A DNA stretch of 60,971 nt. Source: a virus (lineage: Duplodnaviria; Caudoviricetes). A model generated the notes under the pieces. The model did no database searches and was not told where the DNA came from. It was given only the letters and a program-made list of their open reading frames with translations. The position numbers and the translations under genes were made by a program. Positions within the stretch are counted from its first letter, which is position 1; the number at the start of each line of letters is the position of its first letter. This document shows, piece after piece, positions 1-8,295 of the stretch. Location of the stretch: the IMG/VR virus record IMGVR_UViG_3300007735_000770, positions 1 to 60,971 of that record; one strand, 5' to 3'.

Positions 1-127
1 ACGGTATGCTCTGTCCAACCATCGTAGTATCCGTGTTCGTTCATGTGGTGATACGAGGTAGTAAACACCAGTTTTTCGGCGTGCGATGTGTCGAAGTCAA
101 AATACGTGCCGTTGTCGAATCCGCTGC
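1..127. repeat. Terminal direct repeat, copy 1 (assembly overlap of a circular contig)
   Basis: Bases 1-127 are identical to 60845-60971; 127 is a common assembler k-mer; an ORF reads through the join. Confidence 0.95.
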
Positions 128-263
128 CGGATGGCATATGATCTTCCACCAGTTCGAGGATTGAATCCTCATGCTTATCACGCCATTCGGCGTTCCTAGT
201 TTTCTCGCAATTGCGCATCGCGCAAACTTTGCTTGCCAATTCGCTGTAGAGATAGCGTGCCAT
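1..263 (-). CDS. 5' part of an early phage protein spanning the circular join (continues to stop at 60721)
   Basis: AAGGAG RBS, ATG at 263, MARYLYSELASK...PSGSGFDNG...YHHMNEHGYYDGWTEH joins in frame with 60721..60912. Confidence 0.85.
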   Translation of the reverse strand, partial: MARYLYSELASKVCAMRNCEKTRNAEWRDKHEDSILELVEDHMPSGSGFDNGTYFDFDTSHAEKLVFTTSYHHMNEHGYYDGWTEHT

Positions 264-336
264 TGTGTTCTCCTTTTATCGGGCATATCGCCCACTAGCA
301 GCACCTTGATGCCGCTAATGGGGGGCAGGCCCCCTA
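264..336 (-). promoter_or_regulatory. Early-region intergenic hairpin + RBS module (variant copy)
   Basis: TAG stop followed by stem CCCATTAGCGGCAT/GTGCTGCTAGTGGG; shares CCCATTAGC..TAGTGGGC with the copies at 59773 and 60219; 70-nt gap. Confidence 0.7.
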
Positions 337-582
337 AACCGCATGGTTTAATTCGTCGTCAACAGCCGCTCGCGCCAGCGCTAGAATGTCGTCCGCATCT
401 CGGATGATTTGCGCGGCTTGCTTGGGAGTAAAACCCCATCGGAGTATCGCGTTTGCCGCGCGTTTACGTGCGGCTCTGAGCGAGCGTTCAGAGTGTCCGC
501 CGTTGCGACGATGCGACCAACGGTCGAGCGTAGCATTGCACGCTGCAATGTATTCATCTTGGATTTGCTGTAGGTTCTTCAT
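334..582 (-). CDS. Hypothetical early protein
   Basis: MKNLQQIQDEY..., start overlaps the upstream stop, GGAG RBS. Confidence 0.7.
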   Translation of the reverse strand: MKNLQQIQDEYIAACNATLDRWSHRRNGGHSERSLRAARKRAANAILRWGFTPKQAAQIIRDADDILALARAAVDDELNHAV

Positions 583-773
583 TATCGTGTCTCCATCCAT
601 TCCGGCATATCGCCGATATCGCCACCGCCACGCCGCCATACTTCATCGGCGAATTCACCCCAAATTGTTTCCGGCTCAACCAATGGGTGAGCGTATTGAG
701 TGCGAATGCCGTACAATACCGCGTCCATGTTGGCGGCCAGGCGGTAGGCAAGTGGCAAGTATGTGTAGATCAT
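582..773 (-). CDS. Hypothetical early protein, first gene of the early operon
   Basis: GAGGAG RBS, ATG at 773, just downstream of the predicted promoter. Confidence 0.6.
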   Translation of the reverse strand: MIYTYLPLAYRLAANMDAVLYGIRTQYAHPLVEPETIWGEFADEVWRRGGGDIGDMPEWMETR

Positions 774-810
774 GTTGTTTATCTCCTCGTCACCACTCGG
801 CGACAATCAC

Positions 811-839
811 AGATTAGTTGATTTCGTGGATGCAGTCCA
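811..839 (-). promoter_or_regulatory. Sigma70-like early promoter
   Basis: TGGACT-N17-TAATCT on the minus strand, upstream of the early gene array. Confidence 0.55.
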
Positions 840-900
840 ATCACAAATATTTATGGCGGTATAAATCTCGCTAATGATGGAATGCGGTATAAGGGAGGTA

Positions 901-1584
901 ATGTTGGCATCAGCCGCGCCACCAGGGCGTGCGAAAAAACCCGCCATCAGCCGCGCCAAACATGCGCAATTGAGGTTTAGAGAGGCACTCCTCAATAACG
1001 AAGGAGTTCCAGACTATCCCAAGGAACTGCAAGCCGCGCTCGATGAGTGTACGACCAAGCAACGCAACTTCGCGTTGCTAATGGCAAGCGGTCAAACGCC
1101 AATGCAGGCGTATCGGCAAGCATACGAACCATCCCCTAATCGCGATTTACGTTCAGTGTCGGCGGATGTGAATGAAGCAATGCTAAACCCAAGAGTGTCC
1201 CATGCACACTCATTGGCGGCGCAATGGCTAGACACGGCTTGGTTGCTTGAAGCTACAGAAGTAGTATCTTGGGCAGTCAGTAACCTCTATGACATCGCCG
1301 AGCACGCGCCACGTCACAGTGACCGGCTGAAGGCGACAGAACTACTCCTCCGCAAACATGGCGAACTGGTCGACAGAAAAGTAGTGACGCATATCGACGG
1401 AAGCGAAGCGGACACGCAAGAGGCGCTCTTAAAGTCGATCCTAGCTGATGTTGAGTTGATTCCCGCGCTGGAAACCACGTCGAATCAATTGATTACTGGG
1501 CCTGCCGTTAGGCCCATGAGTTGCCCACGTTGCGGTGGTGCTATGGTTGACTGGCCGATAACGGGCGATGGTGATGGCATCTAA
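901..1584 (+). CDS. terS: Terminase small subunit-like HTH protein with a C-terminal CxxC
   Basis: TTKQRNFALLMASGQTPMQAYRQAY...NPRV and DRLKATELL are typical TerS motifs; start position uncertain. Confidence 0.65.
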   Translation: MLASAAPPGRAKKPAISRAKHAQLRFREALLNNEGVPDYPKELQAALDECTTKQRNFALLMASGQTPMQAYRQAYEPSPNRDLRSVSADVNEAMLNPRVSHAHSLAAQWLDTAWLLEATEVVSWAVSNLYDIAEHAPRHSDRLKATELLLRKHGELVDRKVVTHIDGSEADTQEALLKSILADVELIPALETTSNQLITGPAVRPMSCPRCGGAMVDWPITGDGDGI

Positions 1585-1974
1585 GGCCATCCGGCGTTGC
1601 GTGCTGGCGGGTCTGTAGAGGGTACCGGGTAGCCAGGCACCCCTTTGGGCGCGGGTCGGGCGTCCAGGTTGACATACCATGCCAGCCACGTCTGGACCCA
1701 AATCCGGCCCGCTGAGGCGTTTTCAGTGGCGTCCGGCCTATGACTACCATCCAGAGGCAAATCGTCGCTCTACGGGCGGCTGTGGCTTAAATCTTGCCGC
1801 TACCCCCACCGGGGGTGTTTTTGATTTGTGGGTGTTTGGTGAGGGTGTCGGATATGGCGAGGGGGTGGTTGGGAAAAGGTACCCCGGTTGTGTGGGGTGG
1901 GGTATGGAATCCATCTCGGACTCCATGGCATCCATCGGGTGATGATGAGTGCCGGGATGAGTGACGTAGCAACT

Positions 1975-2165
1975 CTTTTGTTTTCTTATACTTATATACT
2001 CTTGGAATTCATGGAATTCATAAATAATAATAGTAAATATAATATATAGGGGGGGGGTAGGGGGTAGGGAGGGGGTGTGGGAGAGGGGTATAAGCACCTA
2101 TGCGAAAGATGAATTCCACGAGTTCCAGAGGCACTAAACTACTTTAGAATCAGTTGGTTAGCGCG
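1975..2165. other. Candidate replication origin: AT-rich tract, GAATTC-type repeats and a G-run cluster
   Basis: Non-coding, next to the primase-helicase 3' end; ggaattcat twice, AT run at about 2020-2048, G-runs at 2049-2088. Confidence 0.45.
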
Positions 2166-2245
2166 GAACGATGATGAGTGACATGGGATTCCAAAGGAGG
2201 GCAGATGGGTTCCAAAACGGTGCCGATCAGTGCCAATCAGGACCG

Positions 2246-2280
2246 AAAAGAAAACACCCACCTTGTAGTGGTGGGTGTTC
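2246..2280 (-). terminator. Intrinsic terminator of the replication operon
   Basis: AACACCCACC-ACTACAA-GGTGGGTGTT followed by TTCTTTT on the minus strand. Confidence 0.8.
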
Positions 2281-2318
2281 GGTGACGAGACAGGACGGTG
2301 TAGCTTGGTTGAGTTTCG

Positions 2319-4541
2319 TTAATCAACCTCTCCTAATTCGCCTCTCGGATCAGGCTGGCGGATAGATAGTCCGTACACCGCCCGTTTCTTGAACGGCCCG
2401 ATCCATTCCGAGTTTTCGCTTACCTCGTACCCGTGGGCGCGGATTTTATCGGCAAACTTCCGTGGGTCTTCTGGACGGCCAACCCATTTCGTGAATGCAT
2501 CGCGAAGATCAGGGAGGTGGCACTTGTGGTCAGGGTTTACAACGCACATGTCGGAAATAAATCCAGCGATCGGATCCTGGTCTTTTCGGTACTTCCGCAC
2601 CTCTTCCGCACCGGCTGCGGTGAAGACGCCTCTGTTGTGGTACAGCCGCTGCGCCCCCTCTAGCGCCCACAGGAGGATGCCAGGGAGTTCCCGCTGTAGC
2701 TTGTCTTCCAGATCGCGGTCCTGCTTCTCTATGGGGATAATGTGCCTGAATCGTATGATCAATAACCGGTTGTACGTCCCCATGCTGCGGTCGTTGATTG
2801 TCGGGAGGGTGTTCGTGATGATGACGTGCTTGCAGATTGGAACATCCATGATAGGGGTGATATTTTTGGGGTCGAAGAGGATCGGTTCCTCGGTGGAAAC
2901 GAGGGTTTTAAAGCCACCGTCAGCGATCATGGCGTTGCTTGTGAGTTCGGTGAGTAGGTTCACCAGCTTGCCAAGTAAAGGCGCTCGCTTCCGTGGGTCG
3001 TCCATATCCTCGACGCTGACGGAGCAGGTGTTCTTCTCACCTACCAGCATACGGATTATCTTTGAAATCATAGACTTACCGCAATCAGACTCGCCAACGC
3101 ACAGAAGCGCCTTCTTGTACCGGGCATGAGGCATCAGGCAGTAGCCAAAGAACTCTTGGATGGCGTCGATTTTCATATCTCGGTCAGGGTCGCCGTCAAA
3201 ATATGTGCGGAAACAGCGCTGCAGTTCACTGGTCAGTGCATCCGCGTAGAACGGCACCGGGGAACACGCCTGAAGGTAGTCCTCTGGGCGATGCGGGCGC
3301 AATGACATCGAACGAATATCGACAACTCCGTTAGATACAGGAATTTCCCACTGCTGAAGTTTGCGCCACTCCTGCGTAGAGCGGTGTGTTGTGTCCTCGA
3401 TATAGCTGGCGACCTCGCCACGGCGCTTCTGGGAGGTCCAGGCTTGTGAATCATACTCCATAGCCAGGGCGCGAAGGCGAGATTTATTGATCATTTGCCA
3501 GTAATTTTCGCTGTATTCGTACAGGTTTGTGCTGACGTTTATGATTCCTATATCCTTGAGAATCTTCTCCGCCAATTTATTCGGGTGCAGCTTCGGATCT
3601 GCGGATCCGTCGTCGTCTTGTCCTGATTCATCTGTATCGGCGTGCTGGTTTTCGTCTTGAAAAGATGTTCTGTTGGGTTCGTCTCCTTTTATCGTTTTCA
3701 GGAATTTATTCATCGCCCTTTCGGCGTATTCGCCGGACAAACCGGCAGGGTATTTGCACGCTCCAGCGACGATCTTGCGGACATGCGACTCTGGCGGTAT
3801 TTCCTCACACGTCTGAGCGGCCTTCCACACTAGTTCATGGATTTCGTCCTCAGTTTTCATGGTCGACGATCGAATTGAGCAGGCGTACTTGAACAGCGTG
3901 TGATGCTGGGAGGGGTGCATAATCCGCTCTGGAAGCTCAAATTTCGGCTTCCCACCGGCTGGCGCTGATAATTTTACACATGCGTCTAAAAGCCAAGAAG
4001 GAGCGTCAGAACACTCAACATCTGGAACATCGCCATCGCAATCGATCCAGTGATAGTTGGAAATCTTATTCCCTGGCTTCTCGCATCCAGTCTTATGCTT
4101 GTCTGGAGTTTGTCCGCAGCCAGTGCAAATTAGCGTCTGCGATGGTGGCGCTACGATGTACCCGCCGACACCGCGAACATCGACGCCACGAGACAGTAGG
4201 CTGGCGGAGTTGGATATCGTCGAGGACGGCATCTTGTAAAGAAGGTGCCGTCCTTTTCTCCCAGTCACAGACTCATTTGTAGCCGGTAGGTCGTTGGCCT
4301 CGTACCACGCAAGTCCGTCAGGATCGATATCGATCACGAAGAAGTCGTATCCGGTCGCAAGGCCGATGTTCGCATCAGGGAAAGTTGTCCACCATTTTCT
4401 GATCTGCTGCTCGTCGAGAGTGGCGTCTTTGCATCCGTTCTTTGAAATCGGAGTCTTGTCTAGTTTCCTTAGCGGATGGACTCGCCAGCCGCGACGGGCG
4501 TAAGCAAGGGCTGCTTCAAGGAGAGGGGAGGTTTTATTCAC
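2319..4541 (-). CDS. Bifunctional primase-polymerase fused to a D5/P4-type SF3 helicase
   Basis: Prim-pol motifs (YARRGWRVHPL, ANIGLATG, VIDID, GRHLLY, DVRGVGGYIVAPPS); C-terminal GESDCGKS Walker A, TNTLP, RLLII. Confidence 0.92.
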   Translation of the reverse strand: MNKTSPLLEAALAYARRGWRVHPLRKLDKTPISKNGCKDATLDEQQIRKWWTTFPDANIGLATGYDFFVIDIDPDGLAWYEANDLPATNESVTGRKGRHLLYKMPSSTISNSASLLSRGVDVRGVGGYIVAPPSQTLICTGCGQTPDKHKTGCEKPGNKISNYHWIDCDGDVPDVECSDAPSWLLDACVKLSAPAGGKPKFELPERIMHPSQHHTLFKYACSIRSSTMKTEDEIHELVWKAAQTCEEIPPESHVRKIVAGACKYPAGLSGEYAERAMNKFLKTIKGDEPNRTSFQDENQHADTDESGQDDDGSADPKLHPNKLAEKILKDIGIINVSTNLYEYSENYWQMINKSRLRALAMEYDSQAWTSQKRRGEVASYIEDTTHRSTQEWRKLQQWEIPVSNGVVDIRSMSLRPHRPEDYLQACSPVPFYADALTSELQRCFRTYFDGDPDRDMKIDAIQEFFGYCLMPHARYKKALLCVGESDCGKSMISKIIRMLVGEKNTCSVSVEDMDDPRKRAPLLGKLVNLLTELTSNAMIADGGFKTLVSTEEPILFDPKNITPIMDVPICKHVIITNTLPTINDRSMGTYNRLLIIRFRHIIPIEKQDRDLEDKLQRELPGILLWALEGAQRLYHNRGVFTAAGAEEVRKYRKDQDPIAGFISDMCVVNPDHKCHLPDLRDAFTKWVGRPEDPRKFADKIRAHGYEVSENSEWIGPFKKRAVYGLSIRQPDPRGELGEVD

Positions 4542-6070
4542 TTTGCTGATCCTGTGGTTAAAATTTCAGTATTCGTTTCTGCCCAGATTTTACGGCGTTG
4601 CGCGTCTTCTTCTACGAACTCAGGGTGTTGCTCAAGCCACTCACTGCGCCATCCTCGCTTTGGCCGCTCTTTGAATTCTGCGTTGTACTTCGCGAATGCG
4701 TATCCAGAACTATATGGAGCGCCATCTCGCTTGGAGCGAGTATGTTGCTGCAGCAAAAAGAAGCGGTACTGGCTTCTCTTTTGAGCCTCTGAGAAAGACT
4801 TCACCTCGGAGTCAGTGATCTCATGCAACTCGCCTTCGGCGTGTTTAGTTTGCCTTTCTTTGCGAACTGAAAAAGCATATCCGCAAGCGCACACAACGGT
4901 TTGCATGGGGTAAGCAAGACCGCACTCCGGGCAAACCTTTACTTCATCGGCATAGTTTGGCGAATCGGATTTTTTCTTTTTCCTGTCCTCGTCTAGCGAC
5001 CACTCTCGATGCGTTGACGGAAGACCATGCCCTGGGTGGTACACGTTCCCGGCATGGTCGAGAATAATGCAGTCGGTTTTTCCTGGATGCGGTCGCAGGC
5101 CGCGCCCTCGGCGTTGAAGGTATTTGACTAGCGATGCGGTAATAGCATCGTCGATTATGCAGGATACAGCAGGGCAGTCGACGCCTTCGTCGTAGATGCC
5201 GACATTGGATACCACCTGCGTTTTGCCGGAGGATAGACGGCCAACGATTCCATCTCGAATATCCGGTGGCGTATTAGCGTCGACGTGTTCAGCCGTGATG
5301 CCGTTGGATATAAACTCAGCGACGAGTGCGTTTGAGTGTTCAATGGTTGACGCGAAAGCGATAGTCGGTCGGCCTTTGGCTTTCGTTAGCCATTCTTTCA
5401 CTACGTCGCCAATAAGTTCAGGCTTGTTCATTTCAGCGGCAACGTCTTCTGGGCGGTAGTCTCCGCCTGTTTTCTTGTACGCCGACATGTTGTGTTTCTT
5501 GCCAGCATAGGTAATGGCTGGTACAAGAAATCCCATAGCCGTTAGTTCCGCCACTTGAGGGCATTCCACAATTCTCTGGAACAACGACCCACCAAGCCCC
5601 TTGCCGTCCAGTCGACATGGCGTAGCGGTAAGGCCAATGACGATCGGGCGACCAAGTGCATCGAGAACCGTTGTGTAAGTAGCCGCTCTAGCGCGATGCG
5701 ACTCATCAATGATGACGAGAGACGGAGGCTTGTAAAGGTCACGATTTACAAGTGTCTGTACACTGGCGATCTGAACTGGAAGGTGTGGCCGATTTCGCTT
5801 GTGGCCAGCCATAATGATTCCGTGGTCGATCCCCATGTCATCAAGCCTGCGCGATGGCTGGTATATCAGTTCTTTGCGGTGGGCCAAGAAAAGCACATTG
5901 CCACCCCTGGCGACTGCTGACTCTATAAGAAACGCGGCGATCGTGGTCTTGCCCGCTCCTGTCGGGGCGACTAAAAGCTGCCCCTTGATCCCGCGACGAA
6001 CGCCTTCTCTTAATTCCTCGATCGCCTTTTCCTGGAAAGGCCTAAGTGTTTGCCTCATGAGATTTTCCAC
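4538..6070 (-). CDS. SF2 DExH helicase with a C-terminal Zn finger (RadD/YejH-like)
   Basis: LRPFQ, APTGAGKT, DESH, TATP, QRRGRGLR, CPEC..CACG. Confidence 0.92.
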   Translation of the reverse strand: MENLMRQTLRPFQEKAIEELREGVRRGIKGQLLVAPTGAGKTTIAAFLIESAVARGGNVLFLAHRKELIYQPSRRLDDMGIDHGIIMAGHKRNRPHLPVQIASVQTLVNRDLYKPPSLVIIDESHRARAATYTTVLDALGRPIVIGLTATPCRLDGKGLGGSLFQRIVECPQVAELTAMGFLVPAITYAGKKHNMSAYKKTGGDYRPEDVAAEMNKPELIGDVVKEWLTKAKGRPTIAFASTIEHSNALVAEFISNGITAEHVDANTPPDIRDGIVGRLSSGKTQVVSNVGIYDEGVDCPAVSCIIDDAITASLVKYLQRRGRGLRPHPGKTDCIILDHAGNVYHPGHGLPSTHREWSLDEDRKKKKSDSPNYADEVKVCPECGLAYPMQTVVCACGYAFSVRKERQTKHAEGELHEITDSEVKSFSEAQKRSQYRFFLLQQHTRSKRDGAPYSSGYAFAKYNAEFKERPKRGWRSEWLEQHPEFVEEDAQRRKIWAETNTEILTTGSAK

Positions 6071-6405
6071 TCACTGAGCAGGGACATGAAAGACTCAAAA
6101 GAGTCAGCCCATCCAGCCTTGTACCCGAAATACTTCAGCTTCGCTATAAACTCAAGCTGGTCTTTCCTAGGCGATTCACCGGGCTTCTTAAACTCAACCC
6201 ATATGGCAGGCTGACCAGGGTGAGTAAACGTCCAATCGGACTCGCCCTTTTCACCCATGTGAATTGGTGTTTGGTTTTTTGTATAAAACAAGCCGACGTG
6301 GTTTCGTTTTGGACGCCAACCAATCGAGTGCATATACTCAACGCACTGTTTGACTACCTCGGCTTCTGTTGTCGCGTGGGTACGCGGAAGCGCGGAAGGC
6401 TTCAT
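6055..6405 (-). CDS. VRR-NUC family nuclease
   Basis: TEAEV...GESD...WVEFKKPG...RKDQ pattern; adjacent to the helicase. Confidence 0.85.
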   Translation of the reverse strand: MKPSALPRTHATTEAEVVKQCVEYMHSIGWRPKRNHVGLFYTKNQTPIHMGEKGESDWTFTHPGQPAIWVEFKKPGESPRKDQLEFIAKLKYFGYKAGWADSFESFMSLLSEWKIS

Positions 6406-6558
6406 ATTCACTGCACCTGCTTTTTTGGAATCATGTTCTGCTGAAAGGGTGAGGCCGGGGTTACCGGCCTCGATTCCAAGTCGGCAGAACGACAACGGGG
6501 GATCAGTCCCGTATGTAAACAGACTATCACAACGTAAGATTGCTTTTGATTAAAATTC

Positions 6559-6768
6559 TCATCTCCGCGCCGCTGGCCTCCCCCTCTTCTTCTTGGGCCT
6601 GATGTCACGCGGATCAAAGCCAGGAATGCGTGGGTGCTGGGTGGTGGGGATGCGAATGGCTGGGACTGGGCAATGCCTCCAGCAGAACTCTGAGTATAGC
6701 GACATCTCGTCGACCGGCCACCACTGCTGGCATTGGGGACAATATCTTGGTGGTTGGCGGCGGTTCAT
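6559..6768 (-). CDS. Small Cys-rich hypothetical protein
   Basis: CPQC...CWRHC; overlaps the upstream stop. Confidence 0.55.
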   Translation of the reverse strand: MNRRQPPRYCPQCQQWWPVDEMSLYSEFCWRHCPVPAIRIPTTQHPRIPGFDPRDIRPKKKRGRPAARR

Positions 6769-7559
6769 AGGCTACACTCATCCTCCTCTCCATCAAAGCA
6801 GCCACACGGAGTGTCGATCATGTCGGTGAACATTTTCATCTGCGCGTCATCGGCAGCGGCCAGTGACTCCCAAGACCAATTACGCCCAAGACCTTTGACG
6901 GCAGTGTTCTTAGATTGCGCGTTGCGCTCTATAGCCACAGCGCGGGCGAATAAATCTGGATGATCACGTCTGAGTTTTAATATCTCACCCTTCTTTGACG
7001 ATGGGCAAAAGAAGCACGCAGACTTGACTGGTACAGGAAGACCGGCACGAGTGATCGCGTCGATACACTCTTTGCGGCCCCAGTTCCATTCGCGGAGAGG
7101 GAAGAAGAACTCAGTCTTCGGGTCAGGCATCAGGCTTCGATGCGACTCGCCTGCGTCGTAACCGATGGCTTGACGGATCTTAATCCCAGCCTTTATAGCC
7201 GGTTGCGCAAACTCCCAATTGTTGAAAAACTTTCGCTGAGGATCTGCTTTCCATCGCTGTGAACAAGTCTTAAAGCCGTAGGCAATGGAAGGCAGTGTCT
7301 CCATCCGAAGGCATTGGGCCTCAAGAGTTTTTGCGACGGCGTTAGGGTTGTCTGCTACAGACACAACCGTGATCTGAGGCCACCCGATAGAGCGAAGCCA
7401 GCCGTTAACCAATTGCATATGGCTGTACGTTTCCGGTTTCTCTCCGCCGGTATCTGAGTTGATAATTAAGTCTGGTTTTTCTTGACGTTCGTAAAACCCT
7501 ACGAGCATTGCGACGGAGTTTACGCCTCCGCCATACGACACGACAAATGGTGCCTTCAT
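6765..7559 (-). CDS. PAPS-reductase-like PP-loop protein
   Basis: VSYGGGVNS, DTGGEKPETY, CSQRWK, IGYDAGE, FPL, KSACFFCP. Confidence 0.85.
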   Translation of the reverse strand: MKAPFVVSYGGGVNSVAMLVGFYERQEKPDLIINSDTGGEKPETYSHMQLVNGWLRSIGWPQITVVSVADNPNAVAKTLEAQCLRMETLPSIAYGFKTCSQRWKADPQRKFFNNWEFAQPAIKAGIKIRQAIGYDAGESHRSLMPDPKTEFFFPLREWNWGRKECIDAITRAGLPVPVKSACFFCPSSKKGEILKLRRDHPDLFARAVAIERNAQSKNTAVKGLGRNWSWESLAAADDAQMKMFTDMIDTPCGCFDGEEDECSL

Positions 7560-7709
7560 ACCTTCACCCCCATATATTCAAGCGTCTCCATGATCAGTTC
7601 TTCTGGCTCTTGGATGCCCATCGTCCAAGCTGGCCGGTTATTACGCAGCGCCTCCAAGAGCTTGGCTAGGCGCTTGGGGTCTTTGAGTTTCTTGGAGAGG
7701 GCGAGGTGT

Positions 7710-8255
7710 TCAGGTCGCATTTCTCGCCTCTTCAATAGCCGCCTTTACATTGGCCTGCCTGACGATCGACCGCCAAAGTTCGACATAGCCAGCGCCAGTA
7801 AAGTACGGAGGCTGGCCATCGTTACCACTCATGTCAGACAGGAGGCGTTCAACGTCGCGATGCTCTAAATATTTGGAGTAGCGAGCTTTAAAATACCGCC
7901 CTTTCGTCAACAGATCAGCATACGCTTCGAAACACTCTTCAAGCGTGGCGTAGTCGGCGAAGTCCTGTTCTAGTACGGCGACATGGTTTTTGTAAGAGAC
8001 GATGTTGTAGCCTTTTGCTCGCTCGGCTTCAAGTTGTTTTGGTGTCATTCGCTCAGTGGTGACGACACGGCGGAATGGTTGGCCTTTGACCGCCTTGATG
8101 CCAAACGCGTTGTTGCCAATAGCTTTGGAAAGCCACCCGGACTCAATGATGCACTGGACGGTGGATAGCTCAGCCGGGATATCGCGAGTGCGCTCGATAT
8201 GCACAGCGGCTTTGGCTATCTTGCGTAGGTTGTCGGCGCGTTGGGTAGTGGTCAT
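7710..8255 (-). CDS. GH73/FlgJ-like glucosaminidase or muramidase, probable endolysin
   Basis: QCIIESGW, NNAFGIKA, TTE, FADYATLEECF..Y; start placed at MTTTQ after a GGGGGAAG RBS. Confidence 0.8.
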   Translation of the reverse strand: MTTTQRADNLRKIAKAAVHIERTRDIPAELSTVQCIIESGWLSKAIGNNAFGIKAVKGQPFRRVVTTERMTPKQLEAERAKGYNIVSYKNHVAVLEQDFADYATLEECFEAYADLLTKGRYFKARYSKYLEHRDVERLLSDMSGNDGQPPYFTGAGYVELWRSIVRQANVKAAIEEARNAT

Positions 8256-8295
8256 TCTTCCCCCTCCGCGATCTGCAGCAGGCAGTGGGCGATAC

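Noticed and set aside
4050-4140. CxxC..H..C insertion in the prim-pol domain as a mini-intein
   Set aside because: It is only about 25 aa and has no splicing motifs; more likely a Zn-binding loop
6440-6520. tRNA gene
   Set aside because: There is no cloverleaf, acceptor stem or TTC-containing T-loop; no tRNA was recognised anywhere in the window
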